Positions 45,647-56,462 are shown, numbered from the stretch's first letter. The stretch is 64,000 bases of DNA from an uncultured Phycisphaerae bacterium (GCA_963726475.1 CAVSCO010000052.1:588-64587); one strand, 5' to 3'. Notes: generated by a model not told the origin, from the sequence alone. A program made the numbers and translations.

Positions 45647-47789
45647 GAACGGTCCTTCCTTTGGCGAGTTCCTCGACGACCTCCTCCTGGCTGATCGCGG
45701 ACGCCCAGCGGTCTTTTCGCCCAGCCATGCCACTGGAACAGAAGATCGCATTGAGTACAGATTCCTCCGTGGCTTCAATGACAGCCTCATAGACGTCATT
45801 GATGTGTGCGTCCGAGATACATTTGAGCCTAATGAACTTATCCGACAGATGGGAGGGTCTTTCGGTGCGGTTGGCCGTGCTGAAGGCCACGATGATTTCA
45901 CCGCTGCTCGACGCGGCGTGCGAGCCCACGCGCCCCAGTCCCAGCGCAGCGCGCTTCGCGATCCGGCCGAGCTGACTGCTCAGCAGCGGCACATCCGTCG
46001 CCACCACCACGATGATAGAGCCTTCCGATTGCGTGCGGCGGCCCTCCTGGCTATGGAGACCATCCAACGCACGTCCGACCACGCTTCCCTCGATCGTCAG
46101 ATTTCGCATCTTGCCGAAATTGGAGAGTACAAGCACGCCGACAGTGAAGGTGCCCTCCGCAAGACAGAAGCTGCGGGAGGACGTGCCGATGCCCCCGGCG
46201 AAATCACACGTGATCATTCCCGTGCCGGCTCCGACTGAGCCCTGAACCACCGGTCCGGAATTGGCTGCTTCGATCGCGCGGATCGCATCCTGCGACGTGC
46301 ATGTCCCCACCCGCACATCATTGAGAAACGAATCGTCCGTCTCGCCCACCACCGGAATCACGACGTCCGTTTCGGTTCCCAGTTCCGGGTACTTCTTACT
46401 CATGTGGGCAATCACGCCGGCGTGGACCTTTCCGACTGAATGGGAATTCGTCAACAGAATCGGGCTCTCCAGCCAGCCCCACTCCATGACTTGGGTGAGC
46501 CCCAGCATTTCTCCGACGCCGTTGAGCACGAATCCGCCGGCTACCAGGCGTTTCGTATACGCGCGCCCGGCCGGGAGAATCGCGGTGACTCCGGTGCGAA
46601 CACTCGATGTCTCCTGGAGGCCGGGAACCTGCACATTGTCTTCGATGCGCGTCAGGTGCCCGACACGAACGCCCTTGACATCGGTGATGCTGTTTAACAC
46701 ACCAGGGTGCATGCGGCCTACGCGGATTCCCAACTCTCTGACCGTGGGACGCGGCGCACTGATAGCCGGCCCTGACGGAATCGCAGCCTTTCGGATCGGA
46801 CGCAGAGCCAACCCGTATCGCCGGGCGGCAGATCGAATGATCAGCCGCATCACATTCTTGAAGTCAAGCCCCTTCACACCGGCCGCCGTCATCAATGAGG
46901 CCACCGGATGCAAGCTGGGCAGCGGATTGAGTTCGATGAAGAAAGGCTGCCCATTCTCGTGCAGGCGGATATCCACACGTCCCATGTCCGGGCACGACAT
47001 GATCTCGAAGACGCGCTGAGCCATATCCAGGACGCCGGCCTCCTCCTCGAGGGTGATGGTGGCCGGACAGACCACCTGTACGGCCGCCGCAGAGGCCCCT
47101 CCTTGTTTCATCTCGTAGTCAAAGATATTGTAACGCGAATCCAGACGGGACAGGTCGAATGTATGTTCGACAATACTCAGCACCTTCCCGGGATAGGCTT
47201 CGAGAAAAGGCACGCTGAGCTCCTTGCCCGCGATGAACTCTTCCACGATGATCCCCGCCGGGTACTCGTGCAGGATCGACTCGATGCGTTGGCGTGCCGC
47301 GACCTCGTTCTCTACCACGGAGTCCTTTGTGATGCCTTTGCTGGAGCCTTCCGAATTCGGTTTGATCATCAGCGGGTACTGAAGATCTTCGGGAAGTGCT
47401 TGGTCCGGCTTCGCGATCAACACGCCACGTGGAACGCGTACGCCTCGAGAGGCCAGAACCGTCTTGGCCAGGTGCTTGTCGAGATTCAGATGCAGAAGTG
47501 AAGCGTTGCCACCGGTGAACGGAATACCCAACTGCTCATAAAGCCCGGGATAGAAGGCTTCGCGCGAACTGCCGATCGTGCCTTCGGCCACGTTGAAGAT
47601 CAGGTCGGGTTCGCTGGCCAGCAGCCGGTCCACGATGTCGTTGGGGCGTCCTGAAACCTCCACGTCTGCGACCGTATGGCCGAGATCGGCGATGGCCTCT
47701 CGAATACGACCGACATCTTCGCTGCTGAGCAGTTCGGCGGTCTTCTCACTGTCGTCGGTGCGCAAGTTATAGGCAATCGTGATTCTCAT
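45633..47789 (-). CDS. Fusion: D-Ala-D-Ala-ligase-like ATP-grasp + DmpA/S58 Ntn peptidase
   Basis: FNVAEG, IPFTG, DK, IKP.SEGSSKGI, EEFI.G.E, RVDIR, ELNPLP; then NSITDVKGVRVGH, TGVT, NGVGE, VVGETDD, GAGTGM, GGIGTSSR, SNFG, EG|SIIVVVATD, SSGE. Confidence 0.92.
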   Translation of the reverse strand: MRITIAYNLRTDDSEKTAELLSSEDVGRIREAIADLGHTVADVEVSGRPNDIVDRLLASEPDLIFNVAEGTIGSSREAFYPGLYEQLGIPFTGGNASLLHLNLDKHLAKTVLASRGVRVPRGVLIAKPDQALPEDLQYPLMIKPNSEGSSKGITKDSVVENEVAARQRIESILHEYPAGIIVEEFIAGKELSVPFLEAYPGKVLSIVEHTFDLSRLDSRYNIFDYEMKQGGASAAAVQVVCPATITLEEEAGVLDMAQRVFEIMSCPDMGRVDIRLHENGQPFFIELNPLPSLHPVASLMTAAGVKGLDFKNVMRLIIRSAARRYGLALRPIRKAAIPSGPAISAPRPTVRELGIRVGRMHPGVLNSITDVKGVRVGHLTRIEDNVQVPGLQETSSVRTGVTAILPAGRAYTKRLVAGGFVLNGVGEMLGLTQVMEWGWLESPILLTNSHSVGKVHAGVIAHMSKKYPELGTETDVVIPVVGETDDSFLNDVRVGTCTSQDAIRAIEAANSGPVVQGSVGAGTGMITCDFAGGIGTSSRSFCLAEGTFTVGVLVLSNFGKMRNLTIEGSVVGRALDGLHSQEGRRTQSEGSIIVVVATDVPLLSSQLGRIAKRAALGLGRVGSHAASSSGEIIVAFSTANRTERPSHLSDKFIRLKCISDAHINDVYEAVIEATEESVLNAIFCSSGMAGRKDRWASAISQEEVVEELAKGRTVHESH

Positions 47790-48105
47790 GCAAGCCACTT
47801 TCCGCCCAAAGATAACGCTAGGCTCTCACCGTCTACTCAGATGTCAGCCAGGATCTGCATTAGGTCGCCCTGAAGACAGGGGGCCTGCCCATGGTATCCG
47901 GACCACTCGCTGCAATGTATGTTCTCCCCGAGACAATCGCCACAAGAATCACTGGGGAGACCACTGAAAACGTCACCGGGCAGGTGCCATATCGAGGTGA
48001 TCAATATTGCAGGGCCGGAAATTGAGTAGGCCGGTCGCGCCCTTGTGAGACGACCGAAACGCAGTCCGTTCGGCTCGGAGGCGGACCTGGATCGCCTGAG
48101 AGGCT

Positions 48106-48600
48106 TCACTGGCTCTTTCTAAAGCGGCGAGTGAGGATGGCGTCGAAGGACCAGAGACCGGCACCGACGATGAGCAGAAACAGCGAGCCACAGAGCATGC
48201 AGAAGTCAGTCCGTGACTCGTGCGCCATCGCCCAGAATCCGTAGCGTGAAAGGTCGCGGACCTGGAACCCCCAGAAACCGTGTCCCAGGAGAATGGGGAT
48301 CTTAGTCGAGAGGATCGCGACAGAGATGTTGACGCCCAGGACCAGGCCGGCCAGACGCGTCAACAGGCCCAGCACGATCAGAACTCCAAAACCGATCTCC
48401 ACGCAGGCGACGAAGTACGCCAGCACCTCGGGCATCGCAAACCCGATCCGCTCGAAGCGACCGGGTCCCAGCGCCGCCGGATAGAGAAACTTCTGAATCC
48501 CCTCCGAGAGGAACACCAGCCCGACCATCAGCCGCACCAAGATTGTCGCCCGCGGCGCGCCGGTCTGCAACACCATGGCAGTCATCGATCGCATCATCAC
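48106..48600 (-). CDS. DoxX-family membrane protein
   Basis: RLMVGLVFLSEGIQK, EI..G.LI.LGL.TR, GAG.WSFD. Confidence 0.88.
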   Translation of the reverse strand: MMMRSMTAMVLQTGAPRATILVRLMVGLVFLSEGIQKFLYPAALGPGRFERIGFAMPEVLAYFVACVEIGFGVLIVLGLLTRLAGLVLGVNISVAILSTKIPILLGHGFWGFQVRDLSRYGFWAMAHESRTDFCMLCGSLFLLIVGAGLWSFDAILTRRFRKSQ

Positions 48601-49301
48601 GCTTCCATCTTCGGTGTGTAGGTGTCGAGATCGTAGATTCCAAGCTGCTTTTCGATGTCACTGACCTGCATCACAATCTTATGGAATCCGCCCTCCCCTA
48701 ACGCCAGGTCCTCTCTGTCTTCGAACTGCTCGCCCAGTTCCATGTACCGCTCCGGCGGAACCAGATCGTGAAAGGCGCGGAACGCGACGGAGTTCTCGCT
48801 CGCGATATGGGGAAGGTACATATGGCTGAACGACCGCAGAGAATTCGCCACACGTTTGGGATCGGCCATCATGTCGGCCTCGGACATCGCCAGCACCCTG
48901 GCCGAAATCTCCCGACCGACGATATGCTGCCGCCGCAGAATCCGGGTCAACTCGACGTGTTCACCGGCTTGCTCCAAACGCGGAAAGACATATTGCTCTT
49001 CCAGCTTCTCGTGATATTTCTCGCTGAAATCTCGCATGAGGCCCACGGCGGCGAGGATGGACTGCGTGGGGATATGCTGATCACTCTCGATCCGCCGCAC
49101 CGCCTCGTCGTAGATCAGCAGCAACCGCTCGATGACTCCGTGCTCGAACATCAGGTCTTCGGCAGGCGTCACCTCGTGACTTCGCTTATCCTCCTCGGAG
49201 GACATCCCCGCTTTGGCCTGCCCGTCGAGAATGACACCGGCGCCCGTTGCACCAGCCATGGTAATAAAACTGCGTCGATTCATACGGCTTGCGCGTTCCA
49301 T
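48597..49301 (-). CDS. Tat-exported hemerythrin/HHE-domain protein
   Basis: NRRSFI twin-arginine motif; EHG, HEKLEE, QH, HIASEN ligand pattern. Confidence 0.82.
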   Translation of the reverse strand: MERASRMNRRSFITMAGATGAGVILDGQAKAGMSSEEDKRSHEVTPAEDLMFEHGVIERLLLIYDEAVRRIESDQHIPTQSILAAVGLMRDFSEKYHEKLEEQYVFPRLEQAGEHVELTRILRRQHIVGREISARVLAMSEADMMADPKRVANSLRSFSHMYLPHIASENSVAFRAFHDLVPPERYMELGEQFEDREDLALGEGGFHKIVMQVSDIEKQLGIYDLDTYTPKMEA

Positions 49302-49585
49302 GCTGCATCCCTTCTCATTGGCCCCGGCTTAGATCCGCTATGTCGCCGCTCAACCCCTCCGATTATACCGTAGAGGCTAGCAGGCTACGGGGCAAGTCAG
49401 GGAATTCCGTAATCTCGCTAAAGCATTCTGCCTAACCTCCGCCCCTCTTCCTTAAGATTGGCGTGTGTCAGCCGGAGCGAGCTATTGGCGCGGCAGACCG
49501 ATTGCGGTATAACGCAGGTCGCGGCGGCATCGGCATCGTCGCGGCAAGACCACAGGTTTTACAGGGATACGGGAAAGGAATGGCT

Positions 49586-50419
49586 ATGAACAGGATGTTG
49601 TGGTTGGGGGTCGTCGTCTCATTGTTCGGTTTGCTGGCCGGTTGCGCCACGCAGGATACCGCCAAAACCGAAGTCGCCCAGGGCCAGGAGAAGCCGCCGT
49701 TGACGCAATACGTCGATACGCCAACAGGCCGATGGATGGTGCATGACGAGGCTCGCCCGGCCCCGCCGGTGGTGACACCGGGTGAAGGTTGCGGCGGTGC
49801 GCCGGCCGATGCCGTGGTGCTGTTTGACGGAACGCAAGCCTCAATGGCAAACTGGACCGACACCAAGGGCAATCCCTCGAAGTGGGTCGCTGGCGACGGC
49901 TACATGGAGTCGGTCAAAGGCGCCGGGTACATCCAGAGCAAGGAGCAGTTCGGCTCGTGCCAGTTGCACGTCGAGTTCGCCACGCCCCAGCGCGTCTCGG
50001 GCAACGGCCAGGGTCGCGGCAACAGCGGGGTCTTCCTCCAGGGCCAGTACGAGGTCCAGGTGCTCGACTCCTACGACAACAAGACCTATCCGGATGGACA
50101 GTGCGGTGCGCTGTATGGCCGTTCGGTCCCGCTGGTCAACGTCTGCCGCAAGCCGGGCCAGTGGCAAAGCTATGACATCGTCTACCACCGTCCGGTGTTC
50201 GACAAGGACGGTCACGTGACGCGTCAGGCCACGTTCACGGTCTTCCAGAACGGCGTCCTGATCCAGGACCACGTCGCGCTGACGGGCGGCACCGGGTGGA
50301 TCAACTCGCACGCCGTCACCGACTACCATCCTCACGGCAACAAGGGCCCGCTCCAGTTGCAGGATCATGGCAACCCCGTGCGGTACCGTAACATCTGGAT
50401 CCGTGAGTTGGCCGACTGA
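49586..50419 (+). CDS. DUF1080 (3-keto-disaccharide hydrolase-like) lipoprotein
   Basis: LLAGC lipobox; VLFDG, LHVEF, GNSGVF, YEVQVLDS, LQDHG.PVRYRNIWIREL. Confidence 0.9.
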   Translation: MNRMLWLGVVVSLFGLLAGCATQDTAKTEVAQGQEKPPLTQYVDTPTGRWMVHDEARPAPPVVTPGEGCGGAPADAVVLFDGTQASMANWTDTKGNPSKWVAGDGYMESVKGAGYIQSKEQFGSCQLHVEFATPQRVSGNGQGRGNSGVFLQGQYEVQVLDSYDNKTYPDGQCGALYGRSVPLVNVCRKPGQWQSYDIVYHRPVFDKDGHVTRQATFTVFQNGVLIQDHVALTGGTGWINSHAVTDYHPHGNKGPLQLQDHGNPVRYRNIWIRELAD

Positions 50420-50626
50420 CCCGCCGATCCATCACCAGGCATTTCCAAGCCGGAGCAATCCCAACAGCGGTCGCTCCGGCTTATCTTTTTGCGCCCGCCC
50501 TCCCACGATCTGGGGAGATCAGCCCCACCACCCACCTTCAGAATTGGGGCTGTCCTTCCGCCAGACCGCATTTATGGCCCAGAGACACGGAGAAGTGGGT
50601 CCGTCTTCCAGATTGTCGGGAAATCA

Positions 50627-51259
50627 TCAGGGCCGTGCGGCCAGAGATCGGAGTATCTTGATGATCTTGACGTCGTACGAAGGATCGGCAGCCCATTTGC
50701 CGGTCAGGTTTTCGACATAGGGGGCGCTGCCCCGTGGAACCCGCCAGAACCGCGGATCGACGAGGGGACGTCGCAACCGCCCGGTGCTGGCGTAGGCCTT
50801 GAGATGTTGGATCTGGGCCCGTATTCCGACGCGCTCGCTCTTGAACGAATCGCCCGGAACACCGCCGGTCGCACCGATGCCGGCGAAGTTGTTCTGACTA
50901 CGGCGGACGTCTCCGTCGAAACGCAGGTAGTTTGTCTCATGGCACATCTGACAGAACGCCACGTCATGATTGACGCCCTCGATACGGGCCTCTTCGACGT
51001 AGATTTCCGCCAGCGACAGAACCTCCTTGGCATCGGCCTCCGGATGCTCTCGCAGCAGGAACGACGCAAGTTGCGGGACCGTCGCCGAACCGCGTCCCAT
51101 AATAGGCACGGTACCGCTGTGAGCGGGATACGAAGCGCCGCGTCCGGCACCAGTCGGCCCCTGACAGGAAACCAGCAAGAACGTAGAAACACTCAACAAC
51201 AGCGCGGTCACTACCGTGCACCCGGTACGCCTCCAACTCATGCCTGCTATCTCCATCAT
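50627..51259 (-). CDS. Glucosaminidase-domain (GH73-like) lipoprotein
   Basis: LVSC; AFCQMCHET, QNNFAGIGA, GIRAQIQHLKAYA, DPRF, WA.DP.Y. Confidence 0.85.
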   Translation of the reverse strand: MMEIAGMSWRRTGCTVVTALLLSVSTFLLVSCQGPTGAGRGASYPAHSGTVPIMGRGSATVPQLASFLLREHPEADAKEVLSLAEIYVEEARIEGVNHDVAFCQMCHETNYLRFDGDVRRSQNNFAGIGATGGVPGDSFKSERVGIRAQIQHLKAYASTGRLRRPLVDPRFWRVPRGSAPYVENLTGKWAADPSYDVKIIKILRSLAARP

Positions 51260-51672
51260 GAATCGCGATCACCGTACCATCAGAAACCTTCCTGATCATC
51301 GACTCGGTATCATATCAAATCAAGAGCGGTCTATCACGCGCTATCTACACTTCTCTCCCTCGCGCCGTCTTCCATTTTCAACCCGATGAGTATCCGCATC
51401 TTGAAGAGGTTCAATGACATCCTCAACACACAGAGACTATCGCTTCAGCATCAAGACACAGACCAGTGACTTGACCGTGTTGTATTGTCTGCGATGGCCG
51501 GCAGACTTCGCCCAGAAAACGGGTGATGCCAGAGCCGCCTCGGGATGGCAACGACCCGGGCAGACTGGAAACGGAACCGGAATCCCGTGACCTCTCACTT
51601 CTCTAGCGCAGAGAGGACGCATGGGTTAAGGCTCCATCGCCGGAGGTGAGCCGTCATCGCAGGATAGAGGTT

Positions 51673-53973
51673 TCACGGATAGAGGCGGAGGTCGTCGATG
51701 TAGACAATGCCGTGAGTGTTGGGGCCCTCCATGCCGATGGTAAGGGACATGACGTTGGCGAGATCGGCGTTGACGTTGGACAGGTCGATATCCCAAGACT
51801 GCCACATGGCTTCGGCCAGATCAGCGGCGTCGCCATCGTACGCGATCTTAACGTCGTTGACCTTCACGTAGAGCTGCCCCGCGTTGCCCGCCGCACCATG
51901 GAACCACAGCGATAGCGTGCCAATGCCCGAACGGGTCCAGTCCTGCGCCTCGTCGAGCGTCCGCGTGGCCTCGGAGTACGAAGCATCCCCCACATTGCCG
52001 TAGAACAGGGGCATGGACTGCCGCCCGCCGTGGACGATCGAGATCTCAGCAAACGGCGACTCCAGATAACCGATTCGCGAGCCATTGGCGGGCACGTCCA
52101 GACCATCGATCCAAACCTGCCAGATGGTCTTGCCGGCATCGACGTCGTCGGTATAGCTCTCGAAATCGTCAAGGACGACGAATGGAGGCGTCGAGAAACT
52201 CCAAAGGGCCCCTTCCCAGGTCTGAATCGCCTCGGCATCGTTGACCTCATCGACCCGCCAGTAATAGGTCGTCGCCAGATCGAGCGTTCCCGCATCGGCG
52301 GTGGTCTCACTGGTCGCATCGATCAGTGCCAGGGTATCAGGGGCGGTGCCAAGATAGACGTCGTGCGTCGCTACATCGCGGCCGGGACGCCACTGGAGGG
52401 TCACGTCCAGGTTGTCGGCGGCACTTGCGTCCGCAGGCTGCGGGTCGGCGGCACGAACCGGCACGGCGAAGAAACGGACTTCACTGAGGCCCGTCTGAGG
52501 CAACATGCTCCAGTTGGTATCGACGGTGAGCCTGACGTATCGGGCAGCCGCCCCGCCAAGATCCACCACCGTGTTGTGCGCGTAGCCAGGCTGCCCCGGC
52601 GCCTGGGCGAACTCGGGAACATCGGCCAAAGCCGTCCAGCTTGCACCATCCACCGATGTCTCAACTGTTACCTCCCTGGCACCGACGCCCAGAAGCGATT
52701 CGAAGAGTTGGTTGGAGTTCCAGACCCACATCTCGTGGAGCTTCTGCGTTTGTGCGAATTCATACTGAATCCAGCGTTCGGTGTCGGTGGTGGCCCCGAG
52801 CCACATGTGATCGGCGGCGGTATCGTGCTGATCCTGAGCGTTGAGGCCGGAGCCGTCGATGGTCTTTTCCGGCCCCATGGTGAGCGTGTGGACGCTGGAG
52901 GCGGTGGCGACCGCTGGAGCGACCGGATAAGCGATCTGCTCGGTGGCAAAGCTCCATACCTCGCCTTTGAATGCCGTAAAATCGGGAGCACCGTTGACTT
53001 CGTCCACCCGCCAGAAATATTGGGCGCCAAAGTCCAACCGTCCCGGATCGAACTGGCTTTCACTCGTATTCTGGGCGATGCGAAGACCTGGCGCATCGGC
53101 CAGCGTGGCCTCGTTGACGTCATCGAAGTCAACGCCCACAAAGACACGGTGGTCCTGTGCCGCGACGCCGGGCGCCCAGCCGAGGATCGTATCGCGCGGG
53201 ACTTCGGTGGCTCCGTCCTCGGGAATGGGATTGCTGGCGAGGTAAAGGTTCGGCCGCCACTGTCCCTGCGTCACCCGGTCGACTTCGTCGGCATTCAAGG
53301 CTTTGTTCGAAATCCAGACCTCATCAACAACCACATCGACAGGCTGCGTGCCAAGAATACCGGCTTCCGCTCCGAGCCAAAACCCGGGAGACTGGCTCAC
53401 GTCAATATCCAGGCCCTCCGAGTCGATCGTATAGGCCGGCTCGCCATTGACATAAAGCACCACCGTGTCTTCATCAAAGACGGTGATGATGTAGATCCAC
53501 TCTCCCAGGACCAGGTCGGGCCCCCAGAAGTTCTTCTTCCCGAACAGGACGAAATCGAAGGCCTTGCCGTTGAATTCATACGCCCAGCCCGTGCTTCGAT
53601 TGCCCGGCGTACCATACATGCCGAGCATCTTGCGATATCCATCGGGAATCGAGGAAGGCTTGAACAAGGCGCCGACCGTCATGGGCGCCTCGAGGCGGGT
53701 CAGCGAGTCGGAGGCAGGAGCGACAGCCGCCACCTGGGTTCCGTCCAACAGTAGCGCCAGGCCATACTGGCTGTCTTCCCATCTCGCATACCCTTCAATC
53801 CCGGCGTTGTTGTGATACACGGACCGATCGGGGATGGTCTCAACGTTCCTCTCGTCAAAATCGTAGTAGAGCACAACGTGATCGGGCAGATCGGATGCGC
53901 CGCCGACCGCCGCCAAAATCAAGATTGCCGCCAGAGACAATAACCCCTTGTCAAGCCCGCACATGCCGTTCAT
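51673..53973 (-). CDS. Secreted LamG + discoidin (F5/8C) + Ig-like repeat protein
   Basis: YYDFDE...DEVWISNKAL (LamG); YFWRVDEVN x2; TIDGSGL, GLSEVRF; DDFESY; YIDDLRL. Confidence 0.85.
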   Translation of the reverse strand: MNGMCGLDKGLLSLAAILILAAVGGASDLPDHVVLYYDFDERNVETIPDRSVYHNNAGIEGYARWEDSQYGLALLLDGTQVAAVAPASDSLTRLEAPMTVGALFKPSSIPDGYRKMLGMYGTPGNRSTGWAYEFNGKAFDFVLFGKKNFWGPDLVLGEWIYIITVFDEDTVVLYVNGEPAYTIDSEGLDIDVSQSPGFWLGAEAGILGTQPVDVVVDEVWISNKALNADEVDRVTQGQWRPNLYLASNPIPEDGATEVPRDTILGWAPGVAAQDHRVFVGVDFDDVNEATLADAPGLRIAQNTSESQFDPGRLDFGAQYFWRVDEVNGAPDFTAFKGEVWSFATEQIAYPVAPAVATASSVHTLTMGPEKTIDGSGLNAQDQHDTAADHMWLGATTDTERWIQYEFAQTQKLHEMWVWNSNQLFESLLGVGAREVTVETSVDGASWTALADVPEFAQAPGQPGYAHNTVVDLGGAAARYVRLTVDTNWSMLPQTGLSEVRFFAVPVRAADPQPADASAADNLDVTLQWRPGRDVATHDVYLGTAPDTLALIDATSETTADAGTLDLATTYYWRVDEVNDAEAIQTWEGALWSFSTPPFVVLDDFESYTDDVDAGKTIWQVWIDGLDVPANGSRIGYLESPFAEISIVHGGRQSMPLFYGNVGDASYSEATRTLDEAQDWTRSGIGTLSLWFHGAAGNAGQLYVKVNDVKIAYDGDAADLAEAMWQSWDIDLSNVNADLANVMSLTIGMEGPNTHGIVYIDDLRLYP

Positions 53974-54328
53974 TTCCTGCCTCCTTCCAGAGTCTTGGGT
54001 GGCTTGGGTACGGGGGGATCATACGCCGCCCCGCCCCTTATCGTTGATGAGACATGAAGACAGCTTACTTCGTTACGTTTCGACGGACGTGTTTCTTCCG
54101 CTAAGTCCTGGGGCCCTTCTCACCTCCGGCGGCTCTTTAGATCGACGGTTCGTCTACGTCCGATTGGCACCGTCGACGCCGCACGCCACTCTATTGTAGA
54201 ACTACGGACAAGAAAACACAAGGAAAAGACACGCTCCAGGAGACCCGGACAGGGTATTTGGGTGGACTTGGGCGTGGGGTTTTGATATGGGAGGCGGAGA
54301 ATGATTTGGATACTCCTGGAGGATTCTC

Positions 54329-56314
54329 ATGGGCAGGCTCAGCAGCGATATTTCTCAGTGGCTTGGGCTGGTTGTTGTCAGCCTGGTGCTAGCGACGGCA
54401 GTTGCATTCGGAGACGAGGGGGACGACGCCGTTCCATGGCCGCGACAGTACAAGATTCGACCGGAGCAGAAGGAGCGACTCACGGCGGCGGATGTGGTTG
54501 GGCCGGATGGGATCGTCTATCCCAACTGGACCCAGTGCGGCGTGCAAGGCGGGATTCCAACGGTCGATGTCGTGGCGCAGATCGAGGACTTCGGCGCCGT
54601 TGCTGACGACGACCAGGACGATTCCGAAGCGTTGCAGAAGGCGTGTGACGCGGCCGGTCATACGGGCGGCGCCGTCCTGATCGGCGAGGGAACGTACTAC
54701 CTGGATCGCCCGGTCGCCATCCGGCGCGATGGCGTCGTCATACGAGGCAAGGGCTCATCCCGAACACATCTGATTTTCCGCTATGCGATTCCCGATTCCG
54801 GCGTGGTCTTCTTCACGCCTCACGAGGGCGCGACAGTGGGCCGGAACACGCGTATCGAGATGCACTGCCGCCCCGAAGGCATCGCGAAGATGACGCTGCG
54901 AATCGACGGGACGGAGATCGGGGCTTGGGCGCGGAGCACGCATTCGGGAAACACCTTTGCCTTCGCTCAATACGGAAGGAACATCCCTCGCCAGGTACTC
55001 GATGGGCCGCACAAGCTTCAGGCCATCGCCGAATACGAAGATGGCTCCAAACGAACGACGCAGATCGCCATCGTTCTCGACCGGCAGTTCAACGACACGC
55101 AGCCGGCCCCTCAATCGCAGGCGGCCATTCTGTTCGCCGGGCGCGGGACCATGGGCCGGAAACTCACGCTGGCGCAGGATGGCAAGCGAGGCGACACCGA
55201 GTTGCACCTCCAAAGCGTCGAAGGACTGCGGGTGGGAGACTGTATCTTCATCGACGGTCCAGCCACACCGCGATGGAAGGAACTGACGAGAAATGCCTGC
55301 CAGTGGGGCATGTACCGCAACTACGAAGTTGTGATTACGGACATCAAGGATGGGGTCGTCACCATCGGCCAGCCTCTGCGAATCGAATTCCCCGTTATCG
55401 ACGGCTCGTACGTGCAGAAGGTCATCCCCATTCAACACTGTGGTGTCGAAGACCTCACCCTGGAGCAGACGCAAAACCTCTGGATCACGAGCGTGTTGTT
55501 TTCGCATGGCTGGAACTGTTGGGCTCGTGGGGTGACCATCAAGAAGTGCGGTCGTTTTCCGGTTTACGGGTCATCAGCCAAGTGGTGTGAGATTCGTGAC
55601 TGTGTCTTTGACGGCGCATGGTTCAAAGGAGGCGGCGGCACCGCCTATGCCGGCTGGGACCGCTGCTGGGACTGCCTGATGGAGAACGTCGAGACGTTCA
55701 AGTTGCGACATGGCCCGCTGTTCCAATGGGCGGCCAGCGGGTGCGTCATTCGCAAGAGCGTCTTCCACGAGAGCGATGCACAGTGGCATTCCGGCTGGAC
55801 CAACGAGAATCTGATCGAGCAGTGCGTGGTGGAATCCGTCCGAGGCAATGGCGGATACGGGTACGGCATGTGGGCATCGCCTCCTGAAGATACGGCACAC
55901 GGACCCAACGGACCGCGTAATACGGTCTATAACTGCGACATCAGTTCGCAAAGGGCCGGGCTGTGGATGGGCGGCATGAACGAGAACTGGCTGATCCTGT
56001 ACAACCGGTTCATCGTCGATAGCGGACCGGGCGTCTTTGCCAAGACCGTTAGCTTCGATCACATCATCAAAGGCAATGTGTTCGTGCTCAAGGACGACAA
56101 GTCCGCGATGATCAATCTGGCCACCACCGATTGCATAGGCGTCGAGGCGATAGACAACACTCTCTATGGAGGAAACGGCCACATACTCTCAGGCAAAGGC
56201 GACCTGGCCGTCTCGGAAGACAACAAGGCCTTGCCCTTGTCACAAGCCAACCGTCCTGCGCCGACCGTGCCTTCCATCTACGAATGGCAGTTGCAGCACA
56301 TCGCGAGGAGGTAG
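54329..56314 (+). CDS. Secreted right-handed beta-helix (pectate-lyase-3/GH28-like) protein
   Basis: PNW..CGV.GGIP, DFGAVADD..DDSEALQ.A, GEGTY, VVIRGKG, GVEDLTL, N-rich helix coils. Confidence 0.8.
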   Translation: MGRLSSDISQWLGLVVVSLVLATAVAFGDEGDDAVPWPRQYKIRPEQKERLTAADVVGPDGIVYPNWTQCGVQGGIPTVDVVAQIEDFGAVADDDQDDSEALQKACDAAGHTGGAVLIGEGTYYLDRPVAIRRDGVVIRGKGSSRTHLIFRYAIPDSGVVFFTPHEGATVGRNTRIEMHCRPEGIAKMTLRIDGTEIGAWARSTHSGNTFAFAQYGRNIPRQVLDGPHKLQAIAEYEDGSKRTTQIAIVLDRQFNDTQPAPQSQAAILFAGRGTMGRKLTLAQDGKRGDTELHLQSVEGLRVGDCIFIDGPATPRWKELTRNACQWGMYRNYEVVITDIKDGVVTIGQPLRIEFPVIDGSYVQKVIPIQHCGVEDLTLEQTQNLWITSVLFSHGWNCWARGVTIKKCGRFPVYGSSAKWCEIRDCVFDGAWFKGGGGTAYAGWDRCWDCLMENVETFKLRHGPLFQWAASGCVIRKSVFHESDAQWHSGWTNENLIEQCVVESVRGNGGYGYGMWASPPEDTAHGPNGPRNTVYNCDISSQRAGLWMGGMNENWLILYNRFIVDSGPGVFAKTVSFDHIIKGNVFVLKDDKSAMINLATTDCIGVEAIDNTLYGGNGHILSGKGDLAVSEDNKALPLSQANRPAPTVPSIYEWQLQHIARR

Positions 56315-56462
56315 GCCAAGAGCCTCGGGCCTGTCCGCCCTACCGTCCTCCTGGTGCGAGGTATCGTCTTGCATCGTGCAGTCCCGATGGTACGATACTC
56401 GCAGAAACTCGACTCGTGAACGAGTAGAGTGACAATGGTCTATCTGTGCCAGAAGGGAAACC

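Noticed and set aside
46800-47789. Housekeeping ddl or vanA-type ligase
   Set aside because: It lacks canonical Ddl motifs, has no mur/van context and is fused to a peptidase
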